Shown here one piece after another: positions 28,538 to 37,945 of a DNA stretch of 64,000 bases. The notes below the pieces were generated by a model. The model saw only the letters and a program-made list of their open reading frames with translations, was not told the DNA's origin and did no database searches. The position numbers were made by a program, and so were the translations under genes. Within the stretch, counting starts at the first letter, position 1. Each line of letters starts with the position of its first letter. The stretch covers positions 3,488,001 through 3,552,000 of the forward strand of contig OZ219926.1 of assembly GCA_964291405.2 (NCBI GenBank), written 5' to 3'. The stretch is from Thermodesulfobacteriota bacterium (GTDB lineage Bacteria > Desulfobacterota > Binatia > Bin18).

Positions 28538-28867
28538 GTGGCTGCACAGACACTGCCCGCCGAGTTTGCCGACCTTGAGCCTTTTATCGACTGGGCGCTC
28601 GCCACGGAACGCGAGCGGACCAGCAAGCGCCTGGCCAGCAGCATGGAAGAGATCCAGGCCTTCTACGACCATATGTCTACGCGTGTGGAAGCCGCTGCGG
28701 CATATCTGAACGCCTTTCCGCTCGCCGCCCTGCCGCCCGAAGCGGAGCGGCTGTTCCAGATGAGTCTGTCCTTAATGGAGGTAGCCAACGCCGTGGAGAT
28801 GTTTCAAAACCCAGCCGTGATCAATGGCTTTGATGTCAAGCGCTTTGCGCCAGTGGAGGATGTATGA
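28538..28867 (+). CDS. Small helical hypothetical protein (109 aa)
   Basis: LPAEFADLEPF.DWAL.TERER..KR..SSMEEIQAFYD; overlaps the next gene (ATGA). Confidence 0.8.
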   Translation: MAAQTLPAEFADLEPFIDWALATERERTSKRLASSMEEIQAFYDHMSTRVEAAAAYLNAFPLAALPPEAERLFQMSLSLMEVANAVEMFQNPAVINGFDVKRFAPVEDV

Positions 28868-29331
28868 AATCCGAGTGCCCGATTCAATTTCACGGTATCG
28901 ATCATGTCGTGCTGCAAGTCACGGATGTCGAAAAAACCTTGCACTTCTATACGACGGTCCTGGGGCTGAGCGTCGAGCGGGTCATCGAGGACATGGGGCT
29001 GTACCAGGTCCGGTGCGGCCGCAATCTGATCGACCTGCGGGTTCTGCCGGAAGGGAGCACGCTGGCGGAGAAAGACCAGCGAGGGGTCGATCATGTCTGC
29101 CTGCATATGCACGGTGATTTTGACGCCATTGTCCAGTATCTGAAGGACAACGCCGTGCCGATCACCTTCGGACCCGTCGAGCTGTACGGCGCGACCGGCT
29201 ATGGCACCTCGGTCTACGTCACCGACCCGAACGGCCATACCCTTGAGCTGAAGGCGGACTATTCCCAGTACCCGCTCAAGACGACTGTCAAAGGTGCGAT
29301 GGCTGGGGTATCGAGACCGGCCGCCAACTAG
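28864..29331 (+). CDS. VOC / glyoxalase family protein
   Basis: GIDHVVL.V.D, FYTTVLG, DHVCL, SVYVTDPNGHTLEL. Confidence 0.88.
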   Translation: MKSECPIQFHGIDHVVLQVTDVEKTLHFYTTVLGLSVERVIEDMGLYQVRCGRNLIDLRVLPEGSTLAEKDQRGVDHVCLHMHGDFDAIVQYLKDNAVPITFGPVELYGATGYGTSVYVTDPNGHTLELKADYSQYPLKTTVKGAMAGVSRPAAN

Positions 29332-29379
29332 ATCGCGCAAAGACTTGGCGTAGAGCGTATTCCGAGGAGGGCCGGCCGT

Positions 29380-30435
29380 ATGTTGCAACCCAACCCGACG
29401 TTGACCGCCTTGTTTGCCCAAGAGTTCGCCTGGTGCCAGGTGCAGCCCGGCCAGACCGCGGCGATTCTGACCGAACCGGACTCGTCTGCGCAGTATCTGG
29501 CGGCGAGTTTGACGAGTCTGAGCGCCTGCGGGGCGCGGCCGTTTCAGCTCATGCTGCCCATTGACCCGACGCAGCAAAACGACACTGCGGTGAACCGGGG
29601 CAATGCCTGTTCCACGCTCCTGCAAGGATTTCCCGAGGTGGTTGAGATGCTGAAGCAGGTTGACTTCATCGTCGACCTCTCGGTCGAAGGGCTGATTCAC
29701 TCCGAGGAGCGCGGCGAGATTCTCAAGCACGGCCCGCGCATGCTCTACATCCGAGAACCCGCGGACGCTCTCGCTCGTCTGCTGCCAACCACGGAGCGGA
29801 CACAGCGCGTCGACCGGGCGGTTGCACATGCCAAGGACGCAAAAACAATGACGGTGACCTCACCGGCGGGCACGGGCCTGCGTGTTGACCTGGCGGGCAG
29901 TCTGGTGACCGGCTCACGCGGGTTTTGCGCCGAGCCGGGAAGTTGGGCCAACTGGGGGCAAGGGCTGATCGCCGCCTTTCCGGCCTCATCAGATGTGAAT
30001 GGGTTGGCCGTGTTAGCTCCCGGCGATATTGTCTTCCCCTTTTATAAATACGTCGAAAGCCCGGCCCATCTATACTTCACCGACGGGTTTGTGACCGGGG
30101 TGGAAGGCAGCGGCGTCGATGCGGCGTTGATCCGTGATTATCTGGACCGCTGGGACGATCGGGCCGCCCGCGGCATTTCTCATGTGGGCTGGGGGATGCA
30201 CGAGAAGGCGCTTTGGCACGCCCTCAGTCTGTACAGCAAAGATGAAGCGATCGGCGTTGACGGACGCGCGTTTGCGGGCAACTTCCTCTTGTCCACGGGT
30301 CCGAACCCGGCGGCGGGCCGGCATACGTTGTGCCATTTCGATATCCCGATGCGAAACTGTAGCGTGTTCCTTGATGGTCAACCGGTTGTGGAAAACGGTG
30401 CTATCGTCGAGCCGACGCTCAAGCCGAACGCCTGA
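29380..30435 (+). CDS. NicX-like / M29-fold metalloenzyme
   Basis: VDLSVEGLIHS, SPAGT, PGDIVFPFYKY, SHVGWG, RAFAGNFLLSTGPN, CHFDIPMRNC. Confidence 0.82.
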   Translation: MLQPNPTLTALFAQEFAWCQVQPGQTAAILTEPDSSAQYLAASLTSLSACGARPFQLMLPIDPTQQNDTAVNRGNACSTLLQGFPEVVEMLKQVDFIVDLSVEGLIHSEERGEILKHGPRMLYIREPADALARLLPTTERTQRVDRAVAHAKDAKTMTVTSPAGTGLRVDLAGSLVTGSRGFCAEPGSWANWGQGLIAAFPASSDVNGLAVLAPGDIVFPFYKYVESPAHLYFTDGFVTGVEGSGVDAALIRDYLDRWDDRAARGISHVGWGMHEKALWHALSLYSKDEAIGVDGRAFAGNFLLSTGPNPAAGRHTLCHFDIPMRNCSVFLDGQPVVENGAIVEPTLKPNA

Positions 30436-30487
30436 GCCGTACCGGCAGGCGGAACGCTAACAGAGTGCCCGACAGGAGGGGAAGAGC

Positions 30488-31528
30488 ATGGACTTCTCGT
30501 TTTTTATTATCAACCAGACGCCAGACGGCTCTTCCATGAAGCAGATATACGACGAGGGTCTGGAGCAGATCGAATGGGGCGACCGGCTCGGCTATAGTAC
30601 CGTCTTTTTGGCCGAGCACGCCTTTTATCATCACGGCAAACCTTCCCCGCATGTGCTGCTGGGCAATATCGCGGCGCGGACCAAACGTATTCGCCTGGGC
30701 ACGGCGGTCAGCGTCCTGCCGTGGCACAACCCGATTGAGGTCGCTCAGGATTACGCCACGGTCGATCTGCTGTCCGACGGACGGCTGGATTTTGGTGTGG
30801 GCCGGGGCTTGTTCAAGGGCGAGTTCGACGGCTATGGCGTCCCCTGGGGAGAGGCCGAGGAGCGCTTTAACGAGAGTCTGGATATTGTTCTCAAGGCCTG
30901 GACCGGCGAACCCTTTTCGTATGAGGGCCAGTTTTTCAGCATCCCGGAAGTGACCGTGATGCCGAAACCGCTCCAGGAACCGCACCCTCCATTGTGGCAG
31001 CCCTGTTTGAGTCCCTCGACCATGGAAAAAGCCCTGCGGCGGGGGATTACACCTATTCTGGGGGCCTCACTCACCCCCCTGGCCGACCTCAAGCAACTGT
31101 TTGGGCGGCTTGATGCGGCCATGAAAAAGACCGGCCGGACCGACCTGCCGCGGGTCGGTCACCCCTTTGTCTACGTGAGTGATACGACCAAAAGAGCCCA
31201 GGAAGAAGCCCGCCAGGGCATGCAGTGGTTTCTGGACGACTTTGCCATGATGTTTACCCTGCCCGAGGGAGAAAGCTGGCCGGAGACGTATCAGTTCTTC
31301 GAGCCGTGGGCCAAGTATATTCGCTCGTTGAGCTATGACAAAGTGATTGACGAGGATCTGGTCTGGTTTGGCGACCCCGAAACGGTCCGCGCCAGAATCC
31401 GCTGGCTCCGAGACGAATGCAAAGTCTCCCACGTGCTGTTGTTCATGCATTTTGGCGGCATGGAGCACGAGAAGGTCATGAAGTCGATGGAACTGTTTGC
31501 GACCAAGGTCATGCCCGAGTTTCAATAG
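30488..31528 (+). CDS. Luciferase-like flavin-dependent monooxygenase
   Basis: LGYSTVFLAEH, RIRLGTAVSVLPWHNP, GRLDFGVGRG, PKPLQEPHPP, SMELFATKVMPEF. Confidence 0.92.
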   Translation: MDFSFFIINQTPDGSSMKQIYDEGLEQIEWGDRLGYSTVFLAEHAFYHHGKPSPHVLLGNIAARTKRIRLGTAVSVLPWHNPIEVAQDYATVDLLSDGRLDFGVGRGLFKGEFDGYGVPWGEAEERFNESLDIVLKAWTGEPFSYEGQFFSIPEVTVMPKPLQEPHPPLWQPCLSPSTMEKALRRGITPILGASLTPLADLKQLFGRLDAAMKKTGRTDLPRVGHPFVYVSDTTKRAQEEARQGMQWFLDDFAMMFTLPEGESWPETYQFFEPWAKYIRSLSYDKVIDEDLVWFGDPETVRARIRWLRDECKVSHVLLFMHFGGMEHEKVMKSMELFATKVMPEFQ

Positions 31529-31578
31529 TCAGAGGATATAGAGGGCGGGTCACGCGCGGCGAACCCGCCCTGCGGGAC

Positions 31579-32718
31579 TCACGTCAGATTATACAGCCGG
31601 GCCACATTGTCCCCGAGCACACACTGCTGGGCTTGTGGCGATAACGACGCAATGGCCTCTTTTGTCTCGCCCAGCGCGTCAAGGCTACCGTCCCAGTGCG
31701 GAAAGTCCGAGGCCCACAGAAAGCGCTCGGCGCCATAGCGCTCGGCCATATAGGGGATCGTGGTTTCATCCGGATCAAAGGAGATCCAGCACTGCCGAGC
31801 GAAATACTCGCTCGGCAGATGCTTGAGGCCAGTCTTATAGCCGATTTTTTGGTACTTGGAGTCCCAGCGATCCAAGGCGTGCGGAATCCAGCCGGCGCCG
31901 ACTTCCAGGAGATTCACTTTCAGGCTGGGAAACCGATCGAAGACTGCGCCCTGAAAGAGTGCGGCAAAGGCCGCCTGGACGTCAGCCACGAGCGGCAGAC
32001 ACTGAAAATACACGAACGACGCATCCATGAAGTCGGTGTTTTCCTGGGCAATCCACTGATGACCGAGAAAGTCTTCATGCACCGCGGTGTGGAAACCTAT
32101 GGACAAATCATACTCCTGCAATACCGTCCACAGTGGATCGTAGGTCCTGTCCCAAAAGGCCCGCTTATTGGCCGGAGCGGCACATACGAACACGCCTTTA
32201 TGCCCGAGTTTTGCCACCCGCTTCACTTCCGTGATTGCCGCGTCAATATCCAGCAGAACGATGTGGGCAACCGGGATGAGTCGGGTCGGGTCGGCGGAAC
32301 AAAAATCAAGAATCCAGTTGTTGTAGGCGCGGCAGTAGGCTGACGAGAGCTCGACATCGCTGATGCCGGGCTCCCAGATGAGGCCGAGGGTGGGAAAGAG
32401 CACCGAGATATCGATGCCATCCTCGTCCATGCGTTGCAAACGCGCCTGCGCATCGTAGGCTCCCGCAGGGCCATCACGGTAGCCAAAACGGCCCGGCTCG
32501 AAAATCGCCCGCAGAGGCTGTCCGATGCCTGCCGCGGTCGGGCCTATGCCACGGGTAATGGGCAGCGGTTTATTTTCAACCACCAGGTATTCGACGCCAT
32601 CATCGCCAGTGTCCATCCGAATGGCGCGATCTTTGAACTTGGCCTCCAGGTAGTTCTGCCACAGATCGACAGGTTCCAGTATATGTCCGTCCGCATCAAT
32701 GATTTTTCCGTGCAGCAT
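31579..32718 (-). CDS. Amidohydrolase family 2 protein
   Basis: IIDADGHILEP, FPTLG, AYNNW, WASDFPH; start MLHGK after GGAGGGAG. Confidence 0.9.
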   Translation of the reverse strand: MLHGKIIDADGHILEPVDLWQNYLEAKFKDRAIRMDTGDDGVEYLVVENKPLPITRGIGPTAAGIGQPLRAIFEPGRFGYRDGPAGAYDAQARLQRMDEDGIDISVLFPTLGLIWEPGISDVELSSAYCRAYNNWILDFCSADPTRLIPVAHIVLLDIDAAITEVKRVAKLGHKGVFVCAAPANKRAFWDRTYDPLWTVLQEYDLSIGFHTAVHEDFLGHQWIAQENTDFMDASFVYFQCLPLVADVQAAFAALFQGAVFDRFPSLKVNLLEVGAGWIPHALDRWDSKYQKIGYKTGLKHLPSEYFARQCWISFDPDETTIPYMAERYGAERFLWASDFPHWDGSLDALGETKEAIASLSPQAQQCVLGDNVARLYNLT

Positions 32719-32822
32719 GCTCCCTCCTTGCCCATCGCATGTAGCGCATTTTTGCGGGTTGCGCACCAGCCATGCTGCATGGTGAGGCGTATTCATAGCT
32801 TTATAGAGAGAGGTAAGAAGTC

Positions 32823-32857
32823 CTTATTTGACAGAATACGTTTGAATAAGTAATAAT
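32823..32857 (+). promoter_or_regulatory. Sigma70-like promoter overlapped by an imperfect palindrome
   Basis: TTGACA(32828)-17 nt-TAATAA(T); CTTATT...AATAAG arms spanning 32823-32850. Confidence 0.55.
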
Positions 32858-32883
32858 TCGTTAATATTTTCTCAGAGAAAACC

Positions 32884-33807
32884 ATGCCCGAAATCTTGCT
32901 CAGCACGCGCGAAGTGGCCTCGTATCTGCATATCAACGAAAAGCAGGTGTACCGCTTGATCCGAAACGGCACGATTCCGTGTACGCGTGTTACCGGTAAA
33001 TGGCTGTTCCCACAAAGCCTGGTGGAGGATTGGGTCAAGCAGAATTCTCTGGCGCAAACTCTGCCGCCGCACGCTTCGTCCTCAGGAGCAGTCCAGTTTG
33101 GACCCGAACGGGGGCTCTTAATCGCGGGCAGCAACGACCTCTTGCTTGATAGCTTGATTGACTTAGCCGGACGGAGTTTCCCCGAACACCTTTTTTACAC
33201 GACCAATCTGGGCAGTTTCGGTGGTCTCGAAGCGCTGAAGCAATCGAAGACCCACGTAGCGCTGGCCCATCTGCTGGACCCCGAGACCGGCGAGTACAAT
33301 GCGCCGTTTGTGTCGCAAACCGGTCGCCCCGACCTGGTAGCCGTGACCCTCTGGCATCGCCGGCTCGGCTTGATTGCCCGGCCCGACAGCCGACCGATCC
33401 GCTCGCTGGCCGAACTGCCGCGGAAGAAGAAACGTCTGGTGAACCGCCAGGCCGGGTCTGGGGTGCGCTGGTTCATTGACCAGCAGCTCCGGCAGGCCCG
33501 GATCAAGCCGGAACGGATCACAGGCTACGAGGCCGAAGCCCGGACGCACTGGGAGGTCGGCTTACACGTGCTCCAGGGACGGGCGGATGTCGGAGTGGCC
33601 GTCCAGGCGGTGGCCGTGTTGTTGGGTCTCTCGTTTATCGAAATGGTTGAGGAGCGGTTTGATTTGCTGGTCTCCAAAGAGCTGTATTTTGCCAAACCGG
33701 TCCAAGCCCTGCTGGACGTTGTGACCTCGTCCGAGTTAAAGGAACGCGCGGCTGCACTCGGAGGCTACGAGGTCCGTGAGGCCGGCAAAGTCGCGTTTGC
33801 GCTCTAG
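32884..33807 (+). CDS. Excisionase-HTH + PBP-domain regulator (TaoR-like, Mo/W-responsive)
   Basis: LSTREVASYL..NEKQVY...GKWLFP HTH_17; AGSND, GSFGGL, VNRQAGSG.R PBP domain; directly upstream of the tup genes. Confidence 0.85.
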   Translation: MPEILLSTREVASYLHINEKQVYRLIRNGTIPCTRVTGKWLFPQSLVEDWVKQNSLAQTLPPHASSSGAVQFGPERGLLIAGSNDLLLDSLIDLAGRSFPEHLFYTTNLGSFGGLEALKQSKTHVALAHLLDPETGEYNAPFVSQTGRPDLVAVTLWHRRLGLIARPDSRPIRSLAELPRKKKRLVNRQAGSGVRWFIDQQLRQARIKPERITGYEAEARTHWEVGLHVLQGRADVGVAVQAVAVLLGLSFIEMVEERFDLLVSKELYFAKPVQALLDVVTSSELKERAAALGGYEVREAGKVAFAL

Positions 33808-33814
33808 CAGTCTC

Positions 33815-34522
33815 ATGCAGGATTTCGGACAAGCCTTTGCCTTGGCCTTCCAGCTCATCGTTTCCGCCGACCCCACGCTGAGTGAGATTATACTCCTTTC
33901 TCTGCGAGTGAGCCTCGGTGCTGTCGCCATCGCCAGCGTGATGGGACTCAGTATTGGAGCAACAGTCGGTATTCTTCGTTTTCCCGGACGTGGTGCGCTC
34001 ATCGTCTTCTTAAACGCTCTGATGGGATTGCCCCCGGTTGTGGTGGGCCTGTTGGTCTATATGGCGATGTCTCACGCCGGCCCGCTCGGCTGGCTCCATC
34101 TTTTATATTCTCCAACAGCGATGATCATTGCCCAGACCATTCTGGTCACGCCCATTATCGCCAGCTTATCACAACAGGTGATAGCGGACTTTTACATCGA
34201 ATACCGAGAGCAGTTTTTATCGCTGGGGGTTCCGCCGAAGACAGCTGTGGCCGCCCTGTTGTGGGACGCTCGGTATAGCCTCCTGACAGTCGCCTTGGCC
34301 GGCTTCGGGCGCGCTATCGCTGAAGTGGGGGCGGTCATCATCGTAGGTGGAAATATCAAACACGTGACTCGGGTGATGACCACGGCCATTGCGTTGGAGA
34401 CCTCGAAAGGGGACCTGGCGCTTGCCCTGGCCCTGGGTCTGATTCTCATTCTGATTGCGCTGAGCGTAAATGCCGCCGTGTCGCTCCTGCGCCTCAATAC
34501 ATCCAATAGCGCCTATGCCTAG
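33815..34522 (+). CDS. tupB: Tungstate ABC transporter permease
   Basis: FPGRG, LMGLPPVVVGL, GFGRAIAEVGA, GGNI..TRVMTTAIALETSKG. Confidence 0.9.
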   Translation: MQDFGQAFALAFQLIVSADPTLSEIILLSLRVSLGAVAIASVMGLSIGATVGILRFPGRGALIVFLNALMGLPPVVVGLLVYMAMSHAGPLGWLHLLYSPTAMIIAQTILVTPIIASLSQQVIADFYIEYREQFLSLGVPPKTAVAALLWDARYSLLTVALAGFGRAIAEVGAVIIVGGNIKHVTRVMTTAIALETSKGDLALALALGLILILIALSVNAAVSLLRLNTSNSAYA

Positions 34523-35285
34523 CGCCGTAGAGACCCTTCAACCAGAGCGCGTATCAACCGATACCGCTCAGTCCTTGTTTCCTCTCAACGTTCATCAACT
34601 CGTGTATAGCGTGGGCACCCAACGCCTCATTGATGGCACCGACCTGACCATCGAGCAGGGCAGCCGCACCATCATCATGGGTCCGAACGGAGCGGGCAAG
34701 AGTCTGCTGCTGCGACTGCTGCATGGCTTGCTGACCCCAACCGAGGGGGAAATCTGCTGGGGAGAAATCCCACGGATAGACCAGGCCCGGCAGCGACAAG
34801 CGCTCGTGTTTCAACGCCCGGTTTTACTGCGACGTTCCGTAGGAGCCAATCTGCGCTTCGCGCTCAAGCTGCGCCGGTACACACGGGCCGAAAGAGAGGA
34901 TCGCCTGCGGCACGTCCTGGAACTTGCCAGCCTCTCTCACCTTGTGGACCGTCCGGCCCGAGTCCTCTCCCAAGGCGAACAACAACGCGTCGCCATTGCG
35001 CGCGCCCTGGTCCTTGAGCCGGAGGTTCTGTTGCTCGACGAGCCGACCGTCAGTTTGGATCCGGTCTCCGTTGAAGCGATTGAAGAGCTGATTCTCGCCG
35101 CGCACAGGCGTGGTACGAAGATCATCCTGGTGACCCACGATATGGGTCAGGCCCGTCGCTTGGCAGACGAAGTTGTTTTTCTTGAGCAGGGTCGGGTCGT
35201 TGAACACTCTCCCGCGCTCCAGTTTTTTCAGCAGCCTAACGCGGGGGCAGCCCACACTTATGGCGACAGCCGGGTCGTTCTGTAG
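34515..35285 (+). CDS. tupC: Tungstate ABC transporter ATP-binding protein
   Basis: GPNGAGKS, LSQGEQQR, LLDEPT, THD. Confidence 0.88.
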   Translation: MPSAVETLQPERVSTDTAQSLFPLNVHQLVYSVGTQRLIDGTDLTIEQGSRTIIMGPNGAGKSLLLRLLHGLLTPTEGEICWGEIPRIDQARQRQALVFQRPVLLRRSVGANLRFALKLRRYTRAEREDRLRHVLELASLSHLVDRPARVLSQGEQQRVAIARALVLEPEVLLLDEPTVSLDPVSVEAIEELILAAHRRGTKIILVTHDMGQARRLADEVVFLEQGRVVEHSPALQFFQQPNAGAAHTYGDSRVVL

Positions 35286-35293
35286 GGAGGGAA

Positions 35294-36136
35294 ATGCGTA
35301 TACCAACGCCTCGATTGTGGTGCGTGCGAGCCGTCCTCAGCCTGACGCTGGGGTTACTCCTGAGCGGGATCAACCAGGCGGAGGAGCGCTTTATCATCCT
35401 CCAGTCAACAACCTCAACCCAGAACTCCGGTTTGTTTGACGCGATACTGCCCCGTTTTCAGTCCAGGACGGGAATCGAAGTGCGCGTGGTCGCGGTCGGG
35501 ACGGGCCAGGCGCTCAAGAATGCCCGCAACGGCGATGGCGATGTGCTGCTCATACATGCCAAGCCCGAGGAGGAAGCCTTTGTCGCTATGGGCTGGGGGG
35601 TGAAACGCTATGATGTCATGTACAACGATTTTGTGATTGTTGGTCCAGCGGACGATCCGGCAGGCATTGCCGGTATGCATGAGGCCGGCGCGGTGCTCAG
35701 AAAAATTGCCCAAACCCAGGTCGCATTTATCTCGCGCGGAGATGAAAGCGGCACCCATAAAAAAGAGCGGGCATTGTGGAAAATCGCTGCGGTTGATCCG
35801 CTGGAGGCGAGTGGAACGTGGTATCGAGAGGTCGGAGCCGGCATGGGAGCAACTTTGAACACCGCGGTCGGAATGCAAGCCTACACGCTGACCGACCGCG
35901 GTACCTGGTTGAGTTTTCGGAACAAGGCTGACTACACTATCCTGGTGGAAGGTGACCCGCAGCTTTTCAATCAATACGGGGTGATCCTGGTGAATCCGGC
36001 CAAACACCCGCATGTGAAAGCCGGTCTGGGCCAGCGGTTCATCGACTGGCTGGTCGGGCCGGAAGGCCAAAGTCTGATTGCCGGCTATACCATCGCCGGC
36101 CAGCCGCTCTTTTTTCCCAATGCTCCAGGAGGATAG
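35294..36136 (+). CDS. tupA: Tungstate ABC transporter substrate-binding protein
   Basis: STTSTQNSGL, VGTGQA, MYNDF, SRGDESGTH, GAGMGATL, DRGTW, NQY. Confidence 0.9.
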   Translation: MRIPTPRLWCVRAVLSLTLGLLLSGINQAEERFIILQSTTSTQNSGLFDAILPRFQSRTGIEVRVVAVGTGQALKNARNGDGDVLLIHAKPEEEAFVAMGWGVKRYDVMYNDFVIVGPADDPAGIAGMHEAGAVLRKIAQTQVAFISRGDESGTHKKERALWKIAAVDPLEASGTWYREVGAGMGATLNTAVGMQAYTLTDRGTWLSFRNKADYTILVEGDPQLFNQYGVILVNPAKHPHVKAGLGQRFIDWLVGPEGQSLIAGYTIAGQPLFFPNAPGG

Positions 36137-36154
36137 TAGACCGGGGGAGTAGAT

Positions 36155-36559
36155 ATGGTCACAGGAAGCTGTCACTGCCAAGCCGTCCGATTTGAAATCA
36201 CCGAGGAGATTCGTGGCTTCATGCACTGCCATTGCCATACGTGCCGCAAGATCAATGGCACGGTGTACGGGTCGAGTGCGCTGGTGACGAAGGCGGGGTT
36301 CACCATTGTTACCGGCCAGGACGCGCTTACCGCCTATGAGTCGTCGCCCGGAAAAAAGCGCTGTTTTTGTTCTCGATGCGGCTCGCACGTGTATGCGTAT
36401 TTTGACCGTGACCCACAGGCCATACTCCTTCGTATTGGAACCTTGGACGATGATCCGGGTGTACGCTCCCAGGGCCATATATGGGTGAGTCATAAAGCAC
36501 CATGGTATGAGATCCAGGACGACCTGCCCCGCTTTGACGAGGATCCTGACAAACGCTGA
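36155..36559 (+). CDS. GFA family protein
   Basis: GSCHC, CHCHTCRK, YESSPG, FCSRCGS. Confidence 0.9.
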   Translation: MVTGSCHCQAVRFEITEEIRGFMHCHCHTCRKINGTVYGSSALVTKAGFTIVTGQDALTAYESSPGKKRCFCSRCGSHVYAYFDRDPQAILLRIGTLDDDPGVRSQGHIWVSHKAPWYEIQDDLPRFDEDPDKR

Positions 36560-36666
36560 TCATACACGGTCTTTCCGTTCACTTATGGGCTGGTTGCCTT
36601 CTATCTCTTCATCCCTCACCCCCGGCGTGATATAGGCGGCGTATAGCAAAAACAGGAGGTGTTCAC

Positions 36667-37080
36667 ATGTCACAGATTGTTGGCGGCTGTTTATGTGGGA
36701 ATATTCGTTATACCTGTGAGGCGGAGCCGATGATGATGGCGATCTGCCACTGCAAAAATTGTCAAAAGCAAACCAGTACGTCCTTCTCCATATTAGTTGC
36801 CGTGCCGAAGGGGTCGCTGAACATTGAGGGTGAGCTGTCAGCGTACAACGATCAGGGGTCGAGTGGACAGGCGGTGATTCGTAAATTTTGCGGCAAATGT
36901 GGCTCACCGATTCTGTCTGATGTGGCAGCCTTGCCAACCATGGATTTTCTCAAGGCCGGCACGCTCAACGATACCTCCTGGCTCAAGCCCGAAGTCCAGC
37001 TCTGGTGTGACAGCGCCCAGCCCTGGATCAAGCTGGACGACGACATTACGCAAATAGCCCAGAACCCACCGATGGACTAG
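36667..37080 (+). CDS. GFA family protein
   Basis: GGCLCG, CHCKNCQK, FCGKCGSP. Confidence 0.9.
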   Translation: MSQIVGGCLCGNIRYTCEAEPMMMAICHCKNCQKQTSTSFSILVAVPKGSLNIEGELSAYNDQGSSGQAVIRKFCGKCGSPILSDVAALPTMDFLKAGTLNDTSWLKPEVQLWCDSAQPWIKLDDDITQIAQNPPMD

Positions 37081-37335
37081 AGCAGTTTTCATTCTAATGT
37101 AGCAAGGTGCTATCCATAGTATCGGAGATAACTGGTCCACTCAGCCGGGAAGAAACCCTCAAGCGCACACCCGCAGGCTATTGGACGCTACACTAATATG
37201 AATTTTGCTCTAGCAGTTTGTCAGGGCTCTCTATTTGCCTCGTAGCCTCCTTTCCTTGTGTTGCTGCCGGTCAAAGCTCCTGAGCAGCGAGGCACTTGTC
37301 GACTAGAGAAAAAGTGTGGGATAGGAGCGGCTGAC

Positions 37336-37875
37336 GTGGCAAAGGATATTGAGCGTATCCTGTTCACAGAGACGGATATCCGAGCTGGCCTGAGCCGCGT
37401 TGCCCAGGAAGTCACGGCCTATTACCGGGACGCGCCCTGTACGGTGGTGTCGGTGCTTAAGGGCGGCTGTCTCTTTACGGCGGATATCATCCGCCAGCTT
37501 CCCTTTCCGCTCCGTCTGAGCTTTGCCGCAGTATCGAGCTATGGAGACGGGACAACGAGTGGCAGGCTCAGCCTGGACTATTTCCCGGCCGACCAGGAAA
37601 TCCGGGAGCAGCGGATTCTCCTGGTCGACGACATCCTGGATACGGGTCGGACGCTCGCGTCTCTCCGCGCAGCACTGTTGAAGCAAGGGGCCCGTGAGGT
37701 CAGAACCTGTGTGTTGCTCGATAAGCCCGCCCGGCGGAGAGTCGAGTATGAAGCCGACTTTCGCGCTTTTGTTATCGAAGACGTGTTTGTGGTGGGTTAT
37801 GGACTCGACTTTGCCGGCCGCTATCGCAATCTGCCGTATATTGCCGTCTTACGGCCCGAGGTCTATGCCGGGTAA
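37336..37875 (+). CDS. hpt: Hypoxanthine phosphoribosyltransferase
   Basis: VLKGG, SSYG, LLVDDILDTGRTL, LLDKP.RR, FVVGYGLD...YRNLPYI; GTG start after AGGAG. Confidence 0.93.
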   Translation: MAKDIERILFTETDIRAGLSRVAQEVTAYYRDAPCTVVSVLKGGCLFTADIIRQLPFPLRLSFAAVSSYGDGTTSGRLSLDYFPADQEIREQRILLVDDILDTGRTLASLRAALLKQGAREVRTCVLLDKPARRRVEYEADFRAFVIEDVFVVGYGLDFAGRYRNLPYIAVLRPEVYAG

Positions 37876-37885
37876 GGACGACAGA

Positions 37886-37922
37886 CAAAAAGAGGGACGA
37901 GCCCTAGGACTCGTCCCTCTTG
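37886..37922. terminator. Terminator hairpin between convergent hpt and dyp
   Basis: aagagggacgag-ccctagga-ctcgtccctctt (12-bp stem) with an A-run on the left. Confidence 0.8.
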
Positions 37923-37945
37923 TGAATAGCGTGCTCGGCTAATGG

